A stretch of DNA of 26,941 nt from a virus (taxonomy: Duplodnaviria > Caudoviricetes): positions 1-26,941 of the IMG/VR virus record IMGVR_UViG_3300045410_000021; one strand, given 5' to 3'. This document shows positions 17,474 to 24,596 of this stretch, one piece after another. The notes under the pieces were generated by a model. That model was not told where the DNA came from, did not search any database, and saw nothing but the letters and a program-made list of their open reading frames with translations. A program made the translations under genes and the position numbers. Positions within the stretch are counted from its first letter, which is position 1, and each line of letters starts with the position of its first letter.

Positions 17474-17968
17474 CTAGCTGTCGATCGAGTTGACCAAGGT
17501 CGGGTAGGTGATCATCGCCTCCTCGACCGTGACGCCAGACAGCGTGGTGACGAACACGATGCCCCGCACGCACTGGTCGCCGTCGAAAACGTCGTCGACC
17601 GCGCCCGGCGTGGTGGTCGCGTACAGCTCCACAAACGCCGCGGCGCTGTCGATCCCCTTGGTCACGTAGGAGAGCGACCTGACGCAGCCCCAGAAGAAAT
17701 CGCCGGACGCGATGGTCTGCGAAGGCGCCGCTGGCGCCACCGCCAGCGGCTTGCCAGTGCCGGTGCCAGCGGCGCCGCTGGTCGTGTCCAGCATCTCAAC
17801 GCCGCCATCGGTCTGGATGATCAGCACAGCCGAAGCGGTGATAGCCTCATCGGCAACGAGAAAGATAAACTCGTTGCCAAGATGATCCGCGCCGCGCTGA
17901 CCAAGGCCAAACCCGGAAGCGTCGAGAGAATCCCAAACTTGGTTGGGGTCGATACCTGCAACGTACAT
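17474..17968 (-). CDS. Putative capsid decoration/cement protein (164 aa)
   Basis: Directly after the MCP and before the terminator. Motifs GNEFIF, SGDFFWG and LYATTTPGAVDD. GAGGAAG RBS. Confidence 0.65.
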   Translation of the reverse strand: MYVAGIDPNQVWDSLDASGFGLGQRGADHLGNEFIFLVADEAITASAVLIIQTDGGVEMLDTTSGAAGTGTGKPLAVAPAAPSQTIASGDFFWGCVRSLSYVTKGIDSAAAFVELYATTTPGAVDDVFDGDQCVRGIVFVTTLSGVTVEEAMITYPTLVNSIDS

Positions 17969-17998
17969 AGTCGTGCTTCCTCTCTTTGCTCTCGTGGC

Positions 17999-18750
17999 CT
18001 AGAACAGCACCGCCTGAAGCGACGCGTTGCTCATGGTGAGGTTGCCCATCAGGATGATTGGCACCGCGATGGCGTCCTGATTCCAAGAGTCCCTGCGCTG
18101 CAGCGGCTCCATGTTGGCGTCGCTGTGGACGTTCCAGAACAGGTAGTCGGTCTGGAGGAAATACATGTGCGACGCCGGCGCGGCGTCGTCATGGAACACC
18201 GGAGCGGAGCCGCCAGGGCCGTAGAAGGAGATCGATTCGAAGCCCGAGCCGCCTTCGTCGACCTTGGTGATCCGCTGGATCGTCTGGAGCGACTTCCAGT
18301 AGGCCGTGAACACCACCGCGTCGCCGACGATGATGTCGGGGCGATCGGAGCCGCGCACGACCGAAATCCAGGAGTCGTCCATGTGACCCTGGATCGTGGT
18401 CGAGTCGTTGACCGTCTCGTTGTTGATCTGGTTCTGCCAGAACGAGAAGGCCGCGCGGTCGATGCCGCCAACGGTGCCGGTCGACGGCGCATCGGCGACG
18501 AGCAACTGGAGCCCGCCGATCTGCTTGCCGCCCGAGCCGGTGCCGTCGCTGTAGACGCCGGTGCTCAGCTGGTTCTTCATGGTCTTCTCGGCGTTCTTCA
18601 TCCTCGCGTCGAGAAGGTTGATCATCCGGGTCTCGGAGCCCGCGTTCTTGCGCAGTTCGAGGCCGGATGCGGTCACGACGACCGCCGCCTGCTTCCAGGC
18701 GAACTCCGCCGCCGAGAAGACTTCTGAGGGCGTCATGTCGAGGAGCTGAT
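17999..18750 (-). CDS. Major capsid protein, exon 2
   Basis: AAEFAWKQAAVVVTASGLE, YSDGTGSGGKQIGGL, VGGIDR and GNLTMSNASLQAVL. Joined in frame to exon 1 it gives ...YYSG-Y-QLLDMTPSEV..., 318 aa in total. Confidence 0.9.
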
Positions 18751-19018
18751 CGATTGTGTTATCGCGGAGCCGTTTACTCTCCGCTTCTGCATGTCACCAT
18801 GCAGTCCAGGTCATATCATCCCTTTCGGGCCGGGCGCTCGTGGGCGGGTTATTGTTGGGACTCACCGCCTGACCGTCGCACCTTCCGCAGAACCCAAAGG
18901 CCCTCTGCGGCTTGGCTCAGTATTGTCTGGCCGCTCTCGACAAAGCGATCAGATGTCCACTGAATTCACCCGGTTTGCACTTGGCGCCGTGGTTAGGCAG
19001 CCAAGGGGGCCGCAGTCA
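18751..19018 (-). mobile_element. Group I self-splicing intron (268 nt, no ORF, IA-like with P7.1)
   Basis: Pairings read by hand. P1 GGGU|UG-ACUG-CGGCCC with U.G at the splice site; P3 CCGGGUG/CGCCCGG; P4 UUCAGU/ACUGAG; P6a CCGCAGA/UCUGCGG. P7 A(C)GGUCA/UGACCU; P7.1 GGCGG/CCGCC; P8 CCC-GAAA-GGG; P9 CUGCAUG-GUGA-CAUGCAG; terminal omega-G at 18751. Confidence 0.92.
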
Positions 19019-19223
19019 ACCCAGAATAATAGGCAAACGTAGTATTTTCTGCGTATTCCAGCTCTTCCACCAGCGTCTCACCGCCGTCGACGGTTCTGGT
19101 GTTCCCCTTCGCCATCAGCTTGCGCAGCAGCGAGTTGTGATTGAGCACGTTGTCGGCGAACTTCTTGCGCCGCTTCTTGAGCGTGGTGGCGACGATTTCG
19201 TTAAAATTGGTGTTCGCAGGCAT
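19019..19223 (-). CDS. Major capsid protein, exon 1
   Basis: MPANTNFNEIVATTLKKRRKKFADNVLNHNSLL...ELEYAEN...YYSG plus one T. GAGGA RBS. The unspliced frame stops at 18993. Confidence 0.9.
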
Positions 19224-19259
19224 TGGTCATCCTCTAGGGCGAGCGCATAGGCTCCAGCC

Positions 19260-20417
19260 CTATGGAGTTGCGGATTGAGTACGCATCGCCCGCCGCAGAA
19301 GCTCTACCTGCGGGAGATCGTCCTCGTTCGGTGGAGGGATGCGCGCGCTCGTCGTCCGGGGCGTCTGGGCTGCCTTCGCCTTCGCGACCGCTGCCTGGCT
19401 CGCGACGGCCGCCTTACGGCCGGCATCGTCACGCTGTGCCTTCAGCAGGGCCTCGCGAAGATCGGGGCGGGACCACATGGCGTTCTGGTAGGCATCCTCC
19501 ATGCTCAGCTGCCCGCCGGATTCCTTTGCGGCCTGAATCAGCCTCCCCATGTCGGACTTGACCGTCTCGAAGTGGGGATAAGCCGGCCGGCCGCTGGCGT
19601 CCTTGGCCTCGGCAAAAGCACGGATCGTGGTGTCTGCGGCGGACACAGCTTCCTGCACCTGCCGCTGATACGCCTCCTGAGCGCTGCGCTCCTGTTGAGC
19701 GAGCTTGGCCTCCAATGCTTGGATTCTGACCGTCGCCGGGTCGGGTGGCGTGGCGGCTTGCCCATTGGCCTGGGCGCCGATGTCCACCTTGAGGGCGGCG
19801 GCGATGCGCTGGACGACTTCCTGGGCTTGCGCGGTTCCAGCGCCCGCGCGCCCGCCGTACTGGCTGGCCAGCCATTCGAGGCCGGCAGCCGGGTCTTGGC
19901 GCAGATGCATCTCGGCGGCGACCAGCTTGCGCACAGCGGCGCCAGTGGTCATGCCGGCCAGAGCAAGCTCGCGCTCCAAGGGCTTGAATGTCTCGGTGAT
20001 CTCAGCTGCGAGGCGCCGAGCGCTAGCCGACTCCTCGAACTTCTGCTGGGCGCCGCGCTCGATCTGCTTGCGCCAGTTCAGCACGCGCTCGCGAGCAGCG
20101 TCGTCCGGCAGGGCGGCGAGGAAGTCGCGATCCTCGGCCGGCCAGTGCTCGGGCGCCTGGACGGCGGCCTTGGCCATCGCATCCTGGACGCCGTCGGCGA
20201 TGGCTTGGTCGTGCTCCTCGTGGTCGGAGGTATCGACTCCGTCGTCAGCCGGCTCGGCTTCCGCTTCCGGCGCGGCCTCTGCCGCCTCGGGGGCGGCATC
20301 CTCGGCCGGCTCATCCTCAGCGGCGGGCTCGGCAGCAGCGTCCTCGGCCGGGGTTGCGGCAGCAGCGAACGCCTCCTTCAGATCGTCGCGGAACGAAACA
20401 TCATCGTCGTCAGGCAT
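19260..20417 (-). CDS. Capsid scaffolding protein (about 385 aa)
   Basis: Acidic low-complexity N-terminus, APEHW motif, coiled-coil body, YPHFETVK...MEDAYQNAMW. Lies directly upstream of the MCP. GGAG before ATG20417. Confidence 0.8.
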   Translation of the reverse strand: MPDDDDVSFRDDLKEAFAAAATPAEDAAAEPAAEDEPAEDAAPEAAEAAPEAEAEPADDGVDTSDHEEHDQAIADGVQDAMAKAAVQAPEHWPAEDRDFLAALPDDAARERVLNWRKQIERGAQQKFEESASARRLAAEITETFKPLERELALAGMTTGAAVRKLVAAEMHLRQDPAAGLEWLASQYGGRAGAGTAQAQEVVQRIAAALKVDIGAQANGQAATPPDPATVRIQALEAKLAQQERSAQEAYQRQVQEAVSAADTTIRAFAEAKDASGRPAYPHFETVKSDMGRLIQAAKESGGQLSMEDAYQNAMWSRPDLREALLKAQRDDAGRKAAVASQAAVAKAKAAQTPRTTSARIPPPNEDDLPQVELLRRAMRTQSATP

Positions 20418-20739
20418 CAACCACGTCTCCAACCTTGATTTCGCTGATGTCGCCTACGCCCATCTCGGCGGCGGTCTCGCATAGGGCGGTGCCCCAGTCC
20501 TGGGGCTGGTATTCGCGCGGCGCCGTCACGGCGGCATACTCGTTGCCGACTTCCTCGAAGCCACGTGCCTTCAGCTCGCGGCGGTACGCGCTCTTGCTGT
20601 CATAGATGCGGCCATCGGCATGGCTGCGGAAGGGCCGGCTCTGGTCTCCGATGATGTGCACGCGAGGGCGCGGCGTGTAGTCGGTCGGCACCTCGACGAG
20701 GCCGCGGTCGTCGACCCAGACGAAGCGCTGGCGCGGCAT
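20410..20739 (-). CDS. Conserved small phage protein (109 aa)
   Basis: GGAGAGG before ATG20739. Motif FRSHADGRIYDSKSAYRRELKARGFEEVGNE is of a kind found between portal and scaffold genes. Confidence 0.75.
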   Translation of the reverse strand: MPRQRFVWVDDRGLVEVPTDYTPRPRVHIIGDQSRPFRSHADGRIYDSKSAYRRELKARGFEEVGNEYAAVTAPREYQPQDWGTALCETAAEMGVGDISEIKVGDVVDA

Positions 20740-20740
20740 G

Positions 20741-20977
20741 TCAGGCCTCTCCGCCGAAGGATGAGTCCCGATCAAGAGCATGCAGCTTGGCGTTCTCCAG
20801 CATCCAGAGAGCATCTGCGCGCGTCATTTTGCTCGACCTGATGACCAGTTCGCCGTCCTGGTAGGTCAGGATTAGGACATCGGTGGGCTGCTCGCGCAGA
20901 ACCAGCCGAAGCGCTTGTTCGGGCGTCATGTTGACGTGCGCCCCAAGCTCCACAACGTTGGCCGCGGGCTCGCCCAT
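20741..20977 (-). CDS. Hypothetical protein (78 aa)
   Basis: TGATG coupling with the portal stop; fills the gap exactly. Confidence 0.65.
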   Translation of the reverse strand: MGEPAANVVELGAHVNMTPEQALRLVLREQPTDVLILTYQDGELVIRSSKMTRADALWMLENAKLHALDRDSSFGGEA

Positions 20978-22935
20978 CACTGCATCCCCGTGGGCGGCTG
21001 CTGCGGCGGCATCGCGCCATTAGCGCCCGCCATCTGCGCCTGCTGCATCTGCTGCTCCATCGCCATCTGCTGTTGCTGCATCTGCTGCTGAGCCAGCATC
21101 TGCTGGACTTGCTGCGTGATCATCTGCACCGTCTGGTCGATCATCGGCTCGAGGTTCCGCGCGAAGCGGAACGTCCTGATGGTCTGCCGGTAGCTCTCCA
21201 TCATCAGCGGGACCACCGCGGGCATCGCCTGCGCCACCGCCGCAACCTGCTCGAGCAGCGAATTCGAGGCCGCCATGAACTCCGTCGCGTCCTCGCGCTC
21301 CGCGTGCATGTCGGGTTTGACCGTGCTGTCGGTCGCGACCGCGATGTTGGTATTGCGCAGCTTCTCCTCGCGCATCAGCGCGATCATCTCGGGCGTCACC
21401 GTCTTGCCGCCGATGCGCTCCAGCGTGCCTGGATCGAACATCTCGGCCATGATCTCGGCTTTGATGCGTAGGCAGTCGCGGACGAACCGCGCCATCGGCA
21501 GCGCCCGCGGCGTCATACGCACCTGCCCGTACTGGCCTTTGAGCCGCTGGGCCGCCGCGGTCTCGCGCTCCTTGCTCGCGCCGCGCTGAAGGTCGTGGAT
21601 GCCGGTGAGCTCGAAGATCTGCATCTTCAGCTGTTCTGCGCGCTGTTGCAGCGTCCCGATCACCTGGATGATGCGCTCGACCGGCCACCACCAGATGCGG
21701 GCGTTCATGTCCTCGGCGACTCCGCCAGGCGTCCCTAGCGGGATCGCGTCGCCATCCTTAGCCTTCGCTATGTCGATGATCTCGGCCAGATCGCCGTCGA
21801 CCACCACCACAGCCTTCAGCACCGTCACCAGCGCGCGAATGCGGGTCTGAATCTCGTCCAACTCGCCGGCCTGGTCCTGGTAAAGGCAGAACTCAGGCCG
21901 CGGCACCATCTGGTCTGTGGTCGTGACGCTGTAGAGCGGGCAGGGGCAGGGATAGAAGTCCTTCAGCTTGAGCGGGTCAGGCTCTTTGCGCAGGATCTCC
22001 TGGAAATCCTTGGCGACCCAGACGCGCTCGCGCTTCGAGCGATCCCAGATCTCCCACACCTCGCCCTTGTCCGCCCGGCTCGGCGGGTCAGGCGGAGACT
22101 TGCCCTCGGCGGTCGTGTGGTCGCTGTCGCCGCTGCGGGCCGAGATCGTCAGCGGGATCTTGTCGCCCTTCGCGCCGAACTCTGCCCGCAGCGCGCTTCG
22201 ATCCATCGCGTGGCGGAATGCGACCCAGCCGACGTCTTCCCAGCGCCGAGCCGGCTCCATGCGGAAGTCGGACCAGAAGACGTAGCGCGTCTCGACCCGC
22301 TCATCTGCCTTCTGCTCCAGAAACGGCTTGCGGTCCTCATCCTCGCCCTCGAACTCGGGCACGATCTCGACGCCATCAAGCAGGTAGACGGGCGGCGGCG
22401 CCGGCCCTGCCGGCACCAGCGCGGGCTGGCCGAATGCATCCAGCATCGGCTGCCCGAATGCAGTCAGCACTGGCGCCATCGGCGCCGGCTGCTCAACCAC
22501 CTGCACGTCATTGCGGCGCACGATGTCGACTTCGTAGACCTCGCGGGCCACACCGCGGCCGACGATCAGCATGTCGTCGCGCACCGCCTCCATCGCGGTG
22601 TCAAAGGGCGCGTCGTCGATGCAGTAGCTGAGCGCCTTCTCCAGCACGACCGCCACCGCACCGCCGATGCCGGCAAGGGCCGAGTCCTCGAGCACGTTGC
22701 GGCGCCGCACATCGGCTACAGGGCTGGCGCTGTAGACGTTCGGCTGCAGCAGATTGACGTTCGCGGCGAAGATGTTGAGCTTCGTCGAGCTTTCGTCGCG
22801 CTCCTCGTCGCGGTAGCGATCGACGATCTTCTGCGCGATGTCGCGCCAGTCCTCTTCCTCTTTCGCTGCGAGGGCCAGCCGGGCGTGCCAGATTTTCGCG
22901 TCGTCGGGCTTGTCCGCTTCGTCACGATCATCCAT
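20977..22935 (-). CDS. Portal protein, large podovirus/P22-like type (652 aa)
   Basis: Start ATG22935. Motifs LNIFAANV, VGRGVAR, VWEIWD, FYPCPCPL and ELTGIHDLQRG...ETAAAQ; Gln-rich C-terminal tail. Synteny agrees. Confidence 0.85.
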   Translation of the reverse strand: MDDRDEADKPDDAKIWHARLALAAKEEEDWRDIAQKIVDRYRDEERDESSTKLNIFAANVNLLQPNVYSASPVADVRRRNVLEDSALAGIGGAVAVVLEKALSYCIDDAPFDTAMEAVRDDMLIVGRGVAREVYEVDIVRRNDVQVVEQPAPMAPVLTAFGQPMLDAFGQPALVPAGPAPPPVYLLDGVEIVPEFEGEDEDRKPFLEQKADERVETRYVFWSDFRMEPARRWEDVGWVAFRHAMDRSALRAEFGAKGDKIPLTISARSGDSDHTTAEGKSPPDPPSRADKGEVWEIWDRSKRERVWVAKDFQEILRKEPDPLKLKDFYPCPCPLYSVTTTDQMVPRPEFCLYQDQAGELDEIQTRIRALVTVLKAVVVVDGDLAEIIDIAKAKDGDAIPLGTPGGVAEDMNARIWWWPVERIIQVIGTLQQRAEQLKMQIFELTGIHDLQRGASKERETAAAQRLKGQYGQVRMTPRALPMARFVRDCLRIKAEIMAEMFDPGTLERIGGKTVTPEMIALMREEKLRNTNIAVATDSTVKPDMHAEREDATEFMAASNSLLEQVAAVAQAMPAVVPLMMESYRQTIRTFRFARNLEPMIDQTVQMITQQVQQMLAQQQMQQQQMAMEQQMQQAQMAGANGAMPPQQPPTGMQ

Positions 22936-22983
22936 ACCGGCTATCCCGAATCTGAGTAGGAACGAGGCATCAGAGGGACCGCG

Positions 22984-23400
22984 ATGAACCGCTTGCTCAC
23001 CGTCGCCGTAGCTGCCGCCATGCTCGCCGGATGCGCGGGAGGCATGAGCGCAGAGGAACGTGCAGCCATAGAGCGTGCGCATGAGAACCACCGCAACGCT
23101 GTCGCGATGGGCGTATGCCAAGACGCCACGCCCGAGCAGATCAAGGTGTTCGGCTCGCTTCAGCGGTGCGTGGTCGAGGTCGCCACGGTGATCAAGGAAC
23201 AGCAGGACCAGTTGGCCGCGCTTCAGCGGCTCAGCCAGCAGTCAATGGCGCTATCCAACGCCGCGATCCTGTCGAATGCGTTCGCCTATCGGCCGCCGGT
23301 TCAGCAGGTACAGCCGGGCATCACTGCGCAGGATCTGAACAACGCGCTCGGGCAGGCCTTCCCGCCACCGCCGATGCAGCGCTACACGCCGATGCCCTAG
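22984..23400 (+). CDS. Lipoprotein of unknown function, antisense cargo gene (138 aa)
   Basis: GAGGG RBS. MNRLLTVAVAAAMLAG-C lipobox, two further Cys, a coiled-coil stretch and a Pro-rich end. Confidence 0.8.
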   Translation: MNRLLTVAVAAAMLAGCAGGMSAEERAAIERAHENHRNAVAMGVCQDATPEQIKVFGSLQRCVVEVATVIKEQQDQLAALQRLSQQSMALSNAAILSNAFAYRPPVQQVQPGITAQDLNNALGQAFPPPPMQRYTPMP

Positions 23401-24095
23401 AGCCTCGCCCGCACCGCTGTGCGCCCCCGCCGTAGCTGCTTCATCGCCATGTCGAAGGTCATCGGCTTCGGCGGCTCGGCCTTCTGACGTGGCGGAGGCG
23501 GCTGCTTGGTCTGCGCCGGCATCCGGTGCTCGCTCCACCATAGCGCCAGCGCCAGCGCACGCACCAGCTCGTCGGGCTCATCCAGAGCAGTCGGCGTGCC
23601 GGCCGGGCGTACGGCGCGGAAGCGCTCGAGCTGCGTCGCCAGCGTGGCAGCTTCCTCGAGCCCGCCCATCACCTTCATGCGCCGATCGCCCATCACGATC
23701 GACAGCCCAGCCACCAGATCGCGCTTCGGCAGGTGCAGCGTGCGTCTGGAGGCACGGGCGCCCACGCTCTCGCCGATCACCACCGGGATCGGGCGCAGAC
23801 GCTGTGCCAGCATGAGGTCGACAGGCGGGCGGCCGCAAGCGGTGATGTCCGCGAGGACCGTCAGTTTGCCCTTGCCGGCTAGCACTGCGACACGCTCGAC
23901 CACCGCAGCGTAGCGTCCTGCCCGCTCCAGGCGCTCGATAGCCTGGACGGCGTAGCCGAACGTGACGGGCCAGCGCTCGCGCTTCAGATCGAACGTGACG
24001 CCCAGCGTCTCAGTGCGGGCGAGCTTGATGATGCCTGCGGGCTCGTGGGCCTCGCCGAAGGCTACCGAAAGGATGAGTTCAGGAAGTGATTTCAA
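23397..24095 (-). CDS. Stand-alone terminase-type RNase H-like nuclease domain, apparently catalytically degenerate (232 aa)
   Basis: AIERL...Y..VV, LADITACGRPPVD, PKRDLV and PDELVRALALALWW follow the pattern of terminase C-terminal domains (GxDLG, DATGVG, PKRDLV, HDDLV). No ATPase domain. TTG start is uncertain. Confidence 0.7.
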   Translation of the reverse strand: MKSLPELILSVAFGEAHEPAGIIKLARTETLGVTFDLKRERWPVTFGYAVQAIERLERAGRYAAVVERVAVLAGKGKLTVLADITACGRPPVDLMLAQRLRPIPVVIGESVGARASRRTLHLPKRDLVAGLSIVMGDRRMKVMGGLEEAATLATQLERFRAVRPAGTPTALDEPDELVRALALALWWSEHRMPAQTKQPPPPRQKAEPPKPMTFDMAMKQLRRGRTAVRARL

Positions 24096-24320
24096 CTGGA
24101 TCTAGACAGCCGATTGGAAATCTGGCGAAAGAAACCAATTCCGCGTTTCCGTCGTGCGTCATGTTGTAGCGTTTGACCATCTGCTCGACATATTCAAGCA
24201 CATCAAGCGCGTCCAGCACTTCCTTCTCCGTGTTCGCGTGAATTACGATCTTCGGCACCTGATCTTTCCTGTCAGGGCGAGCCAAGCGCGTTCTGGCCTC
24301 GCCGAAGGCTACGGTAAGGA
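24048..24320. repeat. Direct repeat pair (18 bp exact, 24/26 extended), 247 bp apart
   Basis: GGCCTCGCCGAAGGCTAC at 24048-24065 and 24295-24312, extended by CGAAAGGA versus GGTAAGGA. Confidence 0.9.
24079..24258 (-). CDS. Small hypothetical protein (59 aa; alternative start 24384)
   Basis: AGGA upstream of GTG24258 (MPKIVIHANTEKEVLDALDVLEY...). Lower GC than the flanks and lies between the direct repeats. Confidence 0.5.
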   Translation of the reverse strand: MPKIVIHANTEKEVLDALDVLEYVEQMVKRYNMTHDGNAELVSFARFPIGCLDPVEITS

Positions 24321-24596
24321 GCGTAGCCAAATCCGATCCAACGTCGTGCCGAGCGGGAACGGGCCTAGCGTGCCCCTGAGCCATCTCATGATGGCCCGGG
24401 CCGATGCGCCGTCCTCCAGCATCTTCATTGCCGTCTCAGCGACTTGCCAGTCCGTCATGTTGAGCGCCGCCGGGCGGCAAGGCGCAAATTCTAGCCACCA
24501 GATCTTCTTGGTTGCGGCCTCATCGAAGTAGAAAGTGACCACATCGCGGCAGAATGACTGAGTTCCGCGGCCAAGGTTGGAGAAACGATCGCCCAT
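24309..24596 (-). CDS. Hypothetical protein (95 aa)
   Basis: TGATG coupling with the TerL stop; begins MGDRFSNLGRG. No recognisable family. Confidence 0.45.
   Translation of the reverse strand: MGDRFSNLGRGTQSFCRDVVTFYFDEAATKKIWWLEFAPCRPAALNMTDWQVAETAMKMLEDGASARAIMRWLRGTLGPFPLGTTLDRIWLRSLP

Noticed and set aside
15800-18727. 975-aa plus-strand ORF
   Set aside because: Antisense shadow of the high-GC capsid-module genes. It is Arg/Gly/Val-rich with no domain or RBS, and it crosses a terminator and several well-supported minus-strand genes.
17999-19223. Capsid pseudogene, programmed frameshift or two separate genes
   Set aside because: The intervening sequence has a complete group I intron fold, and its removal gives a seamless reading frame.
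19275-20484. 387-aa and 259-aa plus-strand ORFs, and similar ones at 2273-3199, 8310-9203, 22117-22959 and 24890-25693
   Set aside because: Mirror frames of real minus-strand genes, expected from stop-codon scarcity at high GC.
22936-23121. Extended portal N-terminus in the ORF track (likewise the extensions at 14963-15142, 6711-6848, 4363-4542 and 26834-26920)
   Set aside because: These overlap better-supported genes or regulatory DNA, and downstream starts match stop-start coupling or family-like N-termini.
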